Assembly: GCF_000143415.4 (NCBI RefSeq)
Contig: NW_003314271.1
Coordinates: 248,001-312,000, forward strand
Source of the DNA: Selaginella moellendorffii
Taxonomy: Eukaryota > Plantae > Lycopodiophyta
Reading direction: 5' to 3'
Length of the DNA: 64,000 nt
Positions 33,878 to 48,462 of the stretch are shown piece by piece. The number at the start of each line of letters is the position of its first letter. The first letter of the stretch is position 1. The notes beneath the pieces are model-generated. The model did no database searches. It saw only the letters and a list, made by a program, of their open reading frames with translations, and had not been told where the DNA came from. Both the position numbers and the translations under genes were made by a program.

Positions 33878-34539
33878 ATGGGTTTGCTAGTGTATTTGCG
33901 AAGGATTTTCCGGAGGGATGGTGCCCAAAAGAAAGAGGTGGAGAAAGGGGAGAATCTTCCGGATCAGAAGCAAAGGCAGCAACGCAAAATTAAAATAAGA
34001 GACAGAAGATTTCTGGTGACGAAGGAGGAGCTGATCGATTACTGGGCGAGTTATGATAAGGTACGTGGATTTGGATCCGTTCGCGAGTGGATTATAGCAC
34101 CATAGGAGTTCCTGTGATCTTCTAACACCGTTGCTTTCAGGATCTACTCCAGGAGAAGATGAAACCGTGGATTTGTAAGCGAGTAACCGAGTTTATGGGG
34201 GCAGAGGAGGCGTCCACTGTCGACTTGATTGTGAACAGTATCTCCGTAGACCCTGAATCTATGCGGGATAAGCTAGCCATCTTGGATGATGCAAAAGAAA
34301 AGCTTGTGCTCAAGATATGGCGGATGCTTATCTTTGAGATCAAAGATGGGGATACCGATCATATGTTGACAGAGTTCCTTGAGAAAGATGGCGATTCTTC
34401 AAGCGATGCAGAACTCTGTAAAACTTTGCAGAGGCAGCGAATCCTAAAGCTAGTAGAGATGATAAAGAAGAAGAGAGCCCGGGACAACAAGGACGATAAA
34501 CAGAGAACTACTGGGAGGAAGAAGAGGAGGATTGAGTGA
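33878..34539 (+). CDS. Small PWI-domain protein (RBM25/SNU71-like C-terminal domain only), intron 34061-34140
   Basis: TKEEL...WASYDK|DLLQEKMKPWICKRVTEFMGAEE...LVLKIWRMLIFE resembles the RBM25 PWI domain. GT-AG intron keeps frame. Confidence 0.75.
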
Positions 34540-34570
34540 TGATTTTGTCTTTGTAAATCCATTTGGGATT

Positions 34571-36085
34571 CTAATGTTTAGATTTGAGCAAGTTGGCCAG
34601 AAGAACACAAGCATAACCAGCCCCGGGATCTTCCTGCTTTGGATCGCGAATCACAGAGCTCGCGGCATCCTTTCCACTGCCGAGATCCTCTACATTTTCG
34701 TGGTGCTTGCAAGCTCCAAGCAAGCAGTTCCACTCCAAGGAATCGGGAGAAAAGGGCATGGTGGTGATGAGCTCCTTTGCTTGGCTCAAGTAGCCCATCC
34801 TCGCCAGCATGTCGACCATGTAGCAGTAGTGCTGCTTCGTGGGGGACATGCCAAAGTCAACGGCCATCGACAAGAGGCAGGACCGCGCGGTGTGGAGCTG
34901 ACCGGCATGATTGCACGCAATCAGGACCCCGACAATGCAGCACTCGTCCGGGGAGTCAACGCTCCTCATCAAGTCAAACAGCTCGAACGCCGACCGCCAT
35001 TGACCGTTGTTGGCGTAGGCGGCGAGAAGCGTGCCCCAGGAGACTGTGCCGGTCAACGGCATGGTCTCGAAAAAGGATTTTGCTCGCGACAGGTTTTTCC
35101 CCTGAGCAAACACATCCAAGATTATTGTCCAGGACATGAGATCCCGGTCGGGCATTGAGTGGAAGAGAGACAGTGCTTGATGGAACAGCCTTTGCTCTGC
35201 TAGGGCCGACAGGATTGCGTTCCAGGACGCGAGATTTAGCTCCGGCATAACGTTGACTAAATTCACTGCTTCTTCCAAATGCCCGTTTTGGGCATATGCA
35301 CAAAGCAGCGCGTTCCAGCTAACAACATCCTTTTGCGGCATGCTATCGAACGTCACCTTTGCTTGCTCTGTTTTGCCATACATCGCGTAGATTCCCACCA
35401 TTGCCGTCCACGATACCGCACTCCTTTGCGGCATAGAGTGGAACATTCGCTCGGCCTCGTCAAGATTCCCTGTTCTGGACAATGCCACCACCATTGCGGT
35501 AAAAGCGACGAAATCTCTCTCCTGGAGCTGCTCGAAAACTCGTCTCGCGCATACGATGTCGCCAATCTCCGCAGAAGCAACCAGCACTGCAGTTCCAGCC
35601 AAGAGATTGAATTCTGGCATTTCGTCCCAGAGATCAATAGCACGCCTCCAATGCCCGTTCTGGGCATATGCAGTTACCATTGCAGTCCAGGCAACCAGAT
35701 CCCGTAGAGGCATCATGTCGAAGATGGCTTCCGTTTCTTCGTTTCCACCGTACGTGGCATACGCGCTGAGCATTGACGTCCAGGCAACCAGGTTCTTGCC
35801 GGGCATAGCGTCGAATATTCGCCTGGCATTGAGAATATACCCGTTATGGGCATATGCCGAAAGCATCAGCACCCACGAGAAGCAGTCCCTGCGGTGCCCG
35901 ATCGCGTCAAACACGCGGCGTGCGGATGCAACGCTGCCGCACCTTCCGTACATTTCAATCGCCTTGTTGAGCAAGAAGATGTCCGGAGGAGAAGGGGCGG
36001 AGAGGAGAGAGTGATGGATGCGATCTGCGGTGGAAAGATCTGTGCATGATTTGAGCAGCGTGATCGTGGTGGCTCTATCAAGCAT
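34571..36085 (-). CDS. PLS-class pentatricopeptide repeat protein with partial E extension, intronless
   Basis: 504-aa ORF with MYGRCGS..ARRVFD, repeated VSW(N/T)A(M/L)..AYAQNG units, ACNHAG, HYCYMVDMLARMG and W..LLGAC. No DYW domain. Confidence 0.95.
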   Translation of the reverse strand: MLDRATTITLLKSCTDLSTADRIHHSLLSAPSPPDIFLLNKAIEMYGRCGSVASARRVFDAIGHRRDCFSWVLMLSAYAHNGYILNARRIFDAMPGKNLVAWTSMLSAYATYGGNEETEAIFDMMPLRDLVAWTAMVTAYAQNGHWRRAIDLWDEMPEFNLLAGTAVLVASAEIGDIVCARRVFEQLQERDFVAFTAMVVALSRTGNLDEAERMFHSMPQRSAVSWTAMVGIYAMYGKTEQAKVTFDSMPQKDVVSWNALLCAYAQNGHLEEAVNLVNVMPELNLASWNAILSALAEQRLFHQALSLFHSMPDRDLMSWTIILDVFAQGKNLSRAKSFFETMPLTGTVSWGTLLAAYANNGQWRSAFELFDLMRSVDSPDECCIVGVLIACNHAGQLHTARSCLLSMAVDFGMSPTKQHYCYMVDMLARMGYLSQAKELITTMPFSPDSLEWNCLLGACKHHENVEDLGSGKDAASSVIRDPKQEDPGAGYACVLLANLLKSKH

Positions 36086-37079
36086 ATAGATTCTTTGCTA
36101 AGGAAACATTCTTGTTGTGAGCGCCGAGGATGTCAAAAGTGGTTTTCAAGGTGTGGGATTTGACGTTTGTGGACGTCGAGACGAGCCTCCGGGAAAAGAC
36201 GCTCCACAAACTACCACGCCTCGTCCAGTGGGGTTTCTTGTGTGGAACAATGATGACCAGCGACGAAGGTTGTACACCTCTTGGTAGCTACTTGACGTTG
36301 ACGGTGCGAGACGTGCAAGCAGCAGCTGCCCATGCCCAATAGGGGTCTGATCCTGTCGCCTAGTAAGATCCTCCTCGGAAGCGCCAGTCTTTCATGAGCG
36401 CTCGGGAGGAGGCTGCCACCGGCAGTCGTACAGAGATGATCGGGAGGTTGACCTTGACATGTAGTCCTTTGATGACAATGCAAATGAAAAAGATTGCTTG
36501 GTTCATTAAAAAAGAACTATAATATATTAGTTTTAATCTTTATTCAAAGTGGTGCAACTTTTGTTTGCAAATTTATCATATTAGAGTTATGAAAGATAAT
36601 TATTTATTGAATATTTGGTGGCTATCACAGAGATATACTTGAGGTGCTAGCAGGCAATCGTGGCAGTGTTGGTTTGGAAAGTGGAGGTAGCAAAGTGGAG
36701 CAAAATAAGCATTCTTTCTAGAACACTCATTTTTTACTGGCTGTGGTTATAGGTTTTTCCTTAAGTCTTAATTTATTAATATAACTTTATTTAATAATTT
36801 GTCGTGGAAAGGTTAAAATAGTATTTTAAAACGATAAGGAGAGTGGCATAACTTGCGTGCTCATTGGCTGAGGCGAGATAAGATGGACCCTAGCACGTGT
36901 TTAGGGTGTGCTTGTGTGTTCCTTCACCCATTTGTAACCACAACTGCCAAAGTGGCTCTGTTAATTGGAAAGATTTTATACAGCCCGGAGAAAGGTGAAT
37001 CAATGGTGGAATATAGCCAGGGAATTGAAAATGACAGGCATGAAACCTGATTGGATGGAGGTGGAGTATGGGCCTTATG

Positions 37080-37645
37080 GCATCCAGAGCTGGAGCAAGC
37101 CTTCAACACTCCCAGAACCATAAGAGAGTTTGGCTCCAGTCCCTGTTCTTCTAAGAGAAAGAACAAGCTCAAGGCGAGTTCTTCCTTGTGGTCCTCTATC
37201 ATCACGAGACAACGCTGTGATATCTCATCCTGTACAAAGCTTTGCGAGCATCCACATGCTCCCACACTTGCAATGCATATCAACCAAGATGTTCCTCAAA
37301 GCCATAGCTTGGAAACCCATCCACTGCTCACGGCTTGAGCATGGAGATCCATTGTCTTCTCTAGAGCCGAAACTTTGATGAGCTTCCCATCGAGCTCCTC
37401 ACCTTCTTCTCAAGCCACCAAGTCTTGAAAGCAGTGACTTAGCTCACATCATCCACTACACAGCTGCCTCCTTCAGCTCTATCCTGTCCACAAACTTGAG
37501 AGCTAAATCTTCCTGCCGTTCTCTACATAGCCCAGCATTAGAGTGTTCCAGAAGAGAAACATAGGACACACCATGGCATCAAAGATCTTGCAAGCTTCTG
37601 CCATGTCTCCACACCTGGAGTACATGTTGATAAAGCTATTTGCCC
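37080..37645 (-). pseudogene. Degenerate PPR gene fragments
   Basis: Minus-strand remnants NSFINMYSRCGDMAEACKIFDAM, WNTLMLGYVENG and GLEPNSLMVLGVLKACSS, with stops and frameshifts. Confidence 0.75.
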
Positions 37646-38449
37646 CTAAGGGACCCTACCTCGCCATGAAGCCTCTTCCCCTCTTGCAAGTCTCTTGAGG
37701 TGCTGCATTCTTTCAATGCGGGGTACCTTGGTTTGATGCCAAACTATGACTTTAAATACCAAGAAACAAAAACAAGCATTGAGAAGAAAAAGCAACAGAC
37801 CAATTGACCTTTTGTGGATAGCAAGCGTGCCCTATGCAGATGAAGTGATGTCATTTTCTAGCTGGATCCTATGACAGCTGGACTCTTCCTTGCCTGGTGA
37901 TTGGTTCAGGCTCTTGATTGGCAAACCGGGTCCTTTGGGCTTCTACAATGGCGGTGGTTGTCAAGAGGCAATGGAAAACATTTGGGTGACAATTTCCCTC
38001 TATTTGGGGGGCTTAGAGCATTCACATGCCAGTCCTCTGCTATGTTTATAGATAGAGATAGGGTGCAATTGCTTTGGAAGGGCTGGAGCTCTTCAGCAAG
38101 TTCTAATCCAAAGTGTTCCACCAAGAGTGATTAGCATTGGTGCATTTTGTAAATTTCAGCAGTGGAAATTTGGATTTGAGACAAACAAAACCATATATGG
38201 TAAGTGCATTACTATTTTGTGATCATAGCTAACTTCTTGGAGCATGATGCAAGAGCTGAGCAATTACCACAGCCACTACAACTTATAAGCACTAAGCTAT
38301 GGTCATAAGGTCTTTCAATTGAGGAGTTGATCAAATAGCAAACACAACTAACCTCAAGAAACCTCAAGAAACCATTAGAAATGACATGAAATTTGAAAAT
38401 CACCCAACATCACTTGGGCAATTACTTAGTAATATAATAAGGTGATAGT

Positions 38450-40125
38450 ATTAAAGCAAGCATTATAGTTTAGATATTCTACCATCTTGGGAAAATTTAT
38501 AAATTGTAAACATGATTAAAAATATACAAGACAAATCTAAATGAATACCAACCATTCTTCTTAGTATATTTTAGTTTATTCTAGCATGATATGCAATACG
38601 ATTAATCTTGTATTTAAATTAAAAAATGCATATAATTACTGGAAAACTGGATTAACAAATAGAAATAAACAAGAATAAAACTACTATTAAGAAAAAAAAC
38701 AGCATTGTTGCATGAAAAATTATTTTCATGAATAGCAAAAATTCTAAACAGAAGAAGAATATTAAGAAAGAAACTTTTTAATAATTTTATTTAGACTAAA
38801 GTTTGTTTATGATGAAGAAATAAATCCAAATCCTGTTTACATATGCTAATACAAGATTGATAAAAATAATTATTTTAAATAAATAATAATTATAAATGAA
38901 TTAATCTTGTATAAGATCCTAACTCTATAATTATGATGTTAAATCTTGTGTGAACTATCTTTATCAATTATTATCTTTCTCAACATATTTTTAAAATATA
39001 TGTTAGTTGCCAAAAATATTATGAATTCCAAGAAGTGATATTTTGTGGTATTGAAACAAGGAAATATCAAAGATTAAAATAAAGTGTAAAGTCTAAATGC
39101 GATTTTTGACTTTTCCATTATATTTTTATTCTCCTTATAAAATTTCTTAGAAAATAGTTTATTTCTTTAATTTGTAATGAAGATAAACTTTGAATTTTAT
39201 TGAATTATTGATGTTAAATATAATTATATTAGTAATAAATACTTTTAAACTCATCGTGGCACCATGGTTGAAAATTAATATTAAATCTTGATCACTAACA
39301 AATTATAAAAATGTTTTAGAGTGTTTCAGATCAAAGTGGAAATTTTTTATTTAAAATGATGATTTGATAGATGTACTGAATATAAAAAATAAAATATAGG
39401 ATGATATGTTTTATAAATTGTAAATATTAATTTTTATTTTTATTAATAGTTTTTATATATAGCACCTCATTTTACTTTTTTCCTAAATATTGATATATAT
39501 AACTATAATTTGAGAAGTTTTTTGTACAGTTACTTGTGTAAAATTATTAAATATTTATTACTTTGTAGTTGATTTAAAGCTACTTAATTTATTTTTCTAA
39601 TTATTATTCAGTTGATCAGTATTTCTTTGTCATCTTTCTTGTTTCCTAAATTTGATATAAGTACCTAATAAAAAACTTATAAGTTTATTAGATGAATAAA
39701 TTAGAGTAATATTATAAATTCAACATAAAATTATAATTAATTTATTTAAAAAATTATAAAACTTTCATTTTTTGTTGTTGTGTTTTAACTTATGTATCAT
39801 TTCATGATAATTATTCATAAATTTTTTTTGGGCTGCTAAATTACTATATAAAATTATATTAAATTTATATTTTATACTAATATTTAACTTTTCATGGCAT
39901 TTGAGAATATAAAAATTTCATGTTGACAATTAAAATTCTTTACTGATTGTTCAGTAGCAATCTATACTTACATAATGCTAGTTATTATTTATATTGAAAA
40001 TAGAATAATAATATAACATATATTTTAACCAATGCAATTTAAAAACTTTATATCGAAAAAATATAATAGTAATAAATACCATTAAACTTTTTAAATTTAG
40101 CTTTATATATGAATAACTGGCTGGG
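38450..40125. other. Extremely AT-rich non-coding tract
   Basis: Visibly AT-dominated, with no credible ORF and an abrupt switch to GC-rich coding sequence at 40166. Confidence 0.8.
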
Positions 40126-40165
40126 GGTTTTATAGTTAGGGTTAGGGCTTTATGGTGGAGCGAGG

Positions 40166-40996
40166 ATGGCAACAGCAGCAGCGGGCGAGTACCACAAGAA
40201 GCGCAAGCGCGGCAAGAACTGGAGCAACCAGGAGGCGATCCTCCTAATCGAGGCCAAGGACGCCACCAGCCGCGAAGGTATGGGCGCCTCGGCCAAGTGG
40301 CAAGCCGTGGCGGATCACCTCGAGAGCCAGGGCGTGCTGCGCGACGTGGAGCAGTGCCGCAGCAAATGGGAGAACATGCTGGGCGACTACCGCTCCATCC
40401 TGGAGCACGAGAGGCGCGGCTCCTCCTCCTACTTCGCGCTCACCAAGGAGCAAAAGAAGGACCTCCGGCTGCCCGCCAAGTTCTCGCAGGATATGTTCCA
40501 GCTGCTCCAGCGCACCGTGACGCGCGGCGAGGCGGACATGGACGCTCTCCCCGTCGTCAATGCCGCGGCTCCTTTCGTCCCCGGGGATAGCTTCTCCAGC
40601 GAGGAGGTGCCGGGGCCGGGAGAGACGCCATCGCTCCTCCAGTTCCGCGAGGTTGGATCATCCGGGACTGGTGCTACTGCTACTGCTACTGCCGATCCCA
40701 ATCCTCCAGCTCCTCATGCTGCTACTCCGAATGCTGCTGCTGCTACTGCGACCACCAAGAGGAAGCTTAGATCGATCGCTGCGGAGCCGGGGAGTGGATC
40801 GTTTGAGCTGGTTGCCAAGGCCATCTCCGAGTCCCAGGAGAAGATCCTGGCGTTTTTGCAAGAGCGGGAGGAGAGGAGGATAGAGATCGAGGAGAGGAAG
40901 CTGTCGAGGATGGACGAGCTGTTTGAGCTGCTCAGCAACATGGCTCACACCTGGAAGACGCTGAGCGAACGGATGCTTGTCAACAGCTCGAGATGA
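40166..40996 (+). CDS. Trihelix (Myb/SANT-like) transcription factor, intronless
   Basis: W(S)..E...L, KW..VA..L...G..R..EQCRSKWENM, SYFAL...KK..RLP..F and a C-terminal coiled coil. Telo-box-like TTAGGGTTAGGG just upstream. Confidence 0.9.
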   Translation: MATAAAGEYHKKRKRGKNWSNQEAILLIEAKDATSREGMGASAKWQAVADHLESQGVLRDVEQCRSKWENMLGDYRSILEHERRGSSSYFALTKEQKKDLRLPAKFSQDMFQLLQRTVTRGEADMDALPVVNAAAPFVPGDSFSSEEVPGPGETPSLLQFREVGSSGTGATATATADPNPPAPHAATPNAAAATATTKRKLRSIAAEPGSGSFELVAKAISESQEKILAFLQEREERRIEIEERKLSRMDELFELLSNMAHTWKTLSERMLVNSSR

Positions 40997-41473
40997 GCGT
41001 CGAGTCTTCTTCTATTTTTTGTTCCCAGTGCCGACACCACTGCAGTAAGTTATGTAGGTCTCTAACATACAGAATTTTGTCTCCTTTGTCCTCTCACAAA
41101 CAGTGTTGTGTCACTCCCCCACAGCAAAGTTTTACGTAAATTTCACACCAAAAAACTTAAGAAATTCATGTGGAAGTTTTTATGGAGAAGAAAATCTGTC
41201 GATCTGATTTATTTACAAAAGCTTTTAAGACTTTCCACCAAACTCACTTCGAAAACTTTCCCAAGAACTTCAAACAAAGAAGTTTTGTGAGAATCAAAGA
41301 TGTGACCTGTGGTTGATTTCTCCTCATAGAAAAGTCTGACGTACAGATAGAATGAGTAGAACTCTTTCTATCAACTTCTCTCAAAACTTGAGAAGCTCAC
41401 GTTTTCGAGAAAAAGGGAAGGAAAATCCGTGGATCTGTGATTGATTGATTGATTTTAAGTGTTGCTGCCTAAG

Positions 41474-44326
41474 CTAGCTAGCATTTTCTTCCCTACGCTG
41501 CATCTCCTCTTCATCCTCGTCCTCATCTTCGTCCTCGTCCTCCTCATCCTCATCCAAACTCTCGCGACGAGCAGCTTGATCCTCCTGACTAATGTTCAGA
41601 TTAAGCCCTGCATGCGGCTGCTGAACCTGAACCTGAGCCTGAGCCTGCACCTGCTGCTGCACCTGCACCTGCACCTGCATCTGCACCTGCTGCTGAATCT
41701 GCAGCTGCTGCTGCTGGTTGCTCAAGTTGAGCGCCTTGAGCGCCGCGCGCTGCTTGTCCGACTTCTCCCTCCTCTTCGGATCCGCGTAGTAGCGCACGAG
41801 CGAGTCCCACTGCTCCTGCGACACGTCGCTGGGCCGGCTCGACCCCTGCTCGATCATCCGCATCACCTTGTGCCGCCGGAAGTTGAGCGCCTTGGCGACC
41901 TGCTTCTTGAGAAACGCGTCGTCCAGGCTGCCGCCAACGTACGTGAACTTGGAGTCCATGTAGTCGCGTATCCGGACCATGCCTTCCTCCGGCTGGAGCG
42001 CTATGTGCGGGATGGACACGTCCAAGAAGAGCAGCGCCGAGTGCCGCAAGATCGAGTTCCACCATGTCCCGGTTGCTCCAGTCGGCTTCCCGTCGATCAG
42101 AGTTACGTTAGTCTTCTCTCCCTCCACCGCCGCCGCCGCCGCCGCCGCCGCCGGCTGCTTGCTTTCTTTCTTCGATGATGGAGGAGTGGCGAGTGCCTCA
42201 CACCGGTTCTCAAAACTTTGTGGAATCGCGGTAGTGAATGCTTCCGGCTGCTGCTGGTGCTGGTGCTTCTTCTGCGAAGACCACACGATCCGAAACTCCT
42301 TGTCACTCTCTTCCCCTTCTTGGAGAGACCCCTCCTCGTCGTTGCCGCCGTCGTCGTTTGTGTCGTCCTCGGTGCTGCTCGAGGATTTGCAGTCTCGATA
42401 AGTTTGCTGCTGCTGCTGCTGTTCTTGCCCATGTCCCTGCTGCTGCTGCTGGAAAAATTGCTGCTGGTACTGTCTAGAGCTACTGGAGAGTGTTAGTTCC
42501 TGCCTAGCGGACGAAGAATCCCACACCGGAGCGGGACTTTGCTGCTGGTGGTGTTGCTGGACTTGTCCGTAAGAAGAGCTTTGCGGTTTCTGGTGATAAA
42601 AACTCGGCTGCTCGCTCGCTGGAGCCTGGAATCTACTGTAAGGAGGCACCGCATCGCTGCTGTAAAACTCGCCACCGCTGCCACCTCGACCATTGTTATT
42701 GCTCGCGGCCCTGTTGTTAAAGTCCGAGGGTGACGAGGAGGAAACTCTGCGAGCTTGACGGGGGAGAGATGCCGTGGAAGAACACGAACCCGAGTCCATG
42801 GCCTGCGAGTCGGACGACGACGACGTCTCAGTGTCCGGCGGCCTCGTCAACCTGTTTACTATCGAGCGAGCCTTGTTCGCTCCTATTCTTTTCACTACCT
42901 CCACGAACAGCGCCTTCAAATCCCGCTCGTAGCTATCCGGGTTGGTCCTCTTGAGTCCCTTGATTATGTCACGTATCCTGTTCTTCCTAGTGCTCGCGCC
43001 GTGGTGGCTTCTATTCGAGGCTCGACCGTTCAGAGCTGGTGTTGCCGCTGGAGCTGGCTGTGGAGGTGGTGGTGCCTTCCGGATCATCGTACCTCTAGCC
43101 TTTTTCTTCCAAGTTTTTCTCGGCGGTGGCGGCTTCTGCTGCTGCTGCTGCTTGCTGTTCCATGCCCTGCTATCCGAGATATCCTCACTCTCGGTACTAG
43201 CATCGTCTGTGATGGTCTTGGACTCGCTACTTCTATCCTGTAAATCAGTTCCCGGTTGCGTTGGCATCAATGCCAGCTGATGGTGAGGCCGCCACTCGAT
43301 CATGTGTGTCTCTGGAACAAGCTCCTGTGAATACCTGAAAAAGCAGAAAAGAAAGAAAGAAAGATTCCAACTTTGTTAGAACTCACGAGAAAAACCAAGG
43401 AGAAGTATACGTACGCTGGCATCCGAAACTTGTCCGTGAGCCCTGTAGCGGTGGCAGCTGGGTGGTGGTGGTGGTGGTGGTGTGGCGGCGGCGGTGGTGG
43501 CGGAGGAGCCAAGTGGGGGTGGTGAGGAGTAAGCATCAGTGAGCTTTCGTACATTCTCGTATTTAAGTTGATGGCGTCGGATGGAAGCCTGAGAGGCTGC
43601 CGCATTGGAAAACCTGACATGTAACCTGATAACCAATGAGACGAGAAAACCAACAAGACAGGCAAACAAGAGAGAAAGGATAAAAAACTCTTGGAGAAAC
43701 AAGAAAAAAAGGACAGGGAGCTCACCACGAAAAAGACAGCCAGCTAAACAAGTCACGCTTTGGAAACAGTCAAGCAAAATGAGGGAAGAAAACGAAGAAA
43801 ATCCAACCCGGGACAAGCAGGACACGGACAAACACACAAAAAAGGAAACGAGAGATTTTTTGTTACCTTGTTGAGGTTCGGGCTGCGAGAATTCCGGAAG
43901 AAACAAGGTCCCGTTTGGAGGTGAAGTTGCGGCGGCGATCTTGGAGGTGGCGTTGGCTTCGTGGTGATGGTGGTGGTGGTGGTGATGGTGATCGAGCTTG
44001 GATCTCTTGCCTTTGGAGTCGACGTCGGTGTCTACCTCGGACTCGCCATCGTTTTGCTGCATCTGCTTTTGCTTGCGCTTGGCTCGAGCCTTTCGGTTGT
44101 GGAACCAGTTGTGGACGTTGGCCTCCGTAACATCACCTTGGCGAGCGAGATCCACGGCGATCTCTTTGATCCGCTGCTTGTTGATACTGTCGCCCTCCTC
44201 CTCGAACAGCCGGACGAGCATCCGGAGCTGCTCCTCGTTCGGTTTCCATCGAACTTTGACGACGGCGGGAGGCAATTCTTGCAAAGCTTGCTGCTGCTGC
44301 TGCTGGTAATGGCTTTCCTCCATCAT
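41474..44326 (-). CDS. WOX (WOX13/ancient-clade-like) homeodomain protein with a long C-terminal extension containing a CACTA TnpA-like domain; predicted exons 44326-43867, 43625-43415, 43334-41474 (843 aa)
   Basis: RWKPNEEQL..L.RLF...KQRIKEI...L...G...EANVHNWFHNRKARAKRKQ, followed by the GESEVDTDVD motif typical of WOX13. GT-AG sites give 460+211+1861 = 2532 nt in one open frame. Confidence 0.8.
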
Positions 44327-45882
44327 CTTGGGATCTGGTCATTGGAAAAACGAGAAGAAAAAAACCGTCTTTTTGAGTGTGCTTTAAACAACTTGCCTTG
44401 CTCAACTCGTTCGCATCCTCAGGCTCCGCATTCTCGGCAGGAAAACTAGGAAGAGAAAACAAACAAGGAAAAATTTAGTCCGGAATGGCAGAGATCCCCA
44501 AAACTCTCCGAAGAACACGAGCAAGAGAAAAAAATTCTCTTTCTTTTCTCCACGGCCCAAGAAAGAGAGAATGATACATGATAATGGCCCAGTCTCCTAT
44601 AGAGGAAGAGAAAAGAAAAGCTGGCCTATATAATAGGATCGAGGGCGTTATCGATGGCACCGGCCCACACAAGTGAAAATCCATCACCACGCACAAATGC
44701 AGGTTAGAAATCTCATCACACTCCCAGCAGCCGGGCAAAAATTCGCGAGCAAATCCACGAATCGCCCACGAAAAGAAAAAGAAGCGAAGAAAACAAACCA
44801 AGAACACACCACCACCACCAAAAAAAATTCATTGTTTTGATTCGAGGGAGAGAAGAGAGGAAGAGAAAAAAAAAACCCCCAAGCAAAGAGGAGAGAAAAA
44901 AAAGGAGACGGTGTGGATGCGTAGCTAACCTGGAAGATTGGCGATCGATCTATCGAATCAGGCGGCGCCGCCGCCGGTGGTGGCGAGCCCCAATCTTTGC
45001 CCCGATCCGCCACGACCCAAGTCACCGAAATTCGATCTCATCTATCCCACGGCCTCGCGATTGCGGCGCGGTGGAGAGGAGCTGGAGCTGTGCGTCGGCC
45101 ATGGCAGCTCTCTGTCGCGCGCGGCACTCTAAGCCGCCATATCCAAGTACTCTACCCGTGCGGGAATTTGGGCACGGCGATTCCAGGCCAGAATCTCCGC
45201 CCATCACGCATTCCGGACCGACGGATGGACGGCATCCACGAGCAGCTTAATGCTAATCATGGTTAGCGGCCTGGGCGCTAATTCCAACGTTGGTAAATTG
45301 GGGCTTTTAACCCCGGGGCAGGTTTAACCGACACCAGCGGTCACTGTCAGGCGTACGAAAGCGTACACCCGCCGGTCAGCGCGCCGTACCACATTGCATT
45401 CATTGTCGCGTATAAACGAGCGCGATTAGCTGCTAATAATCAATCACGCAGGGACTGCGCACGCATTGGCGATTATTTAATCTTTAATTAAACCGCTTCC
45501 ATGCTTAACGTGAAAGACATCCAAGCAAGCGATCTATCTGGGTGGTTGTACAGTATGCGTATGCGATTGGCCAAGTATATTATACATTATATTGTACGAA
45601 AGATGGCGTAGCTTTTCCGGTATTTGCCGCTTGGGCGGCCAGCACTCTTTTCCCGAGTTTGGAATGTGGAATGGGCCCGACATTCATGCAAGAAGCGTTC
45701 CTCATTAAGTACGGACGAGTGTGGGCCATGGCCGAATCTTGTGTGAAGCCGTACAAGGGCAGGAAAGTAAATTAGGGCAGAACTGGTCAAGTTTAGGGCT
45801 CTTGATTGACCCTGACCATGGCGGCGCCGCTGGTGGAATAAGCGGCGCCGCTGGTTCTCTGCAGCTCGCGTCTAGGGCTTTT

Positions 45883-48343
<2,461 letters not shown>

Positions 48344-48462
48344 AAGCAAAGTTTTGTGTCCACTAACGTTATATTTCCCAAAGATCTTCACTTAAAGGTG
48401 AAAGCCTAATGTATAAAGATCCTATTTAGGGTATATTCCAAGGTTTTAGGGTTCTTAGATTC

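Noticed and set aside
41459-42496. Plus-strand Leu-rich ORFs opposite the WOX exon
   Set aside because: They are antisense shadows of CAG/GAG-rich codons.
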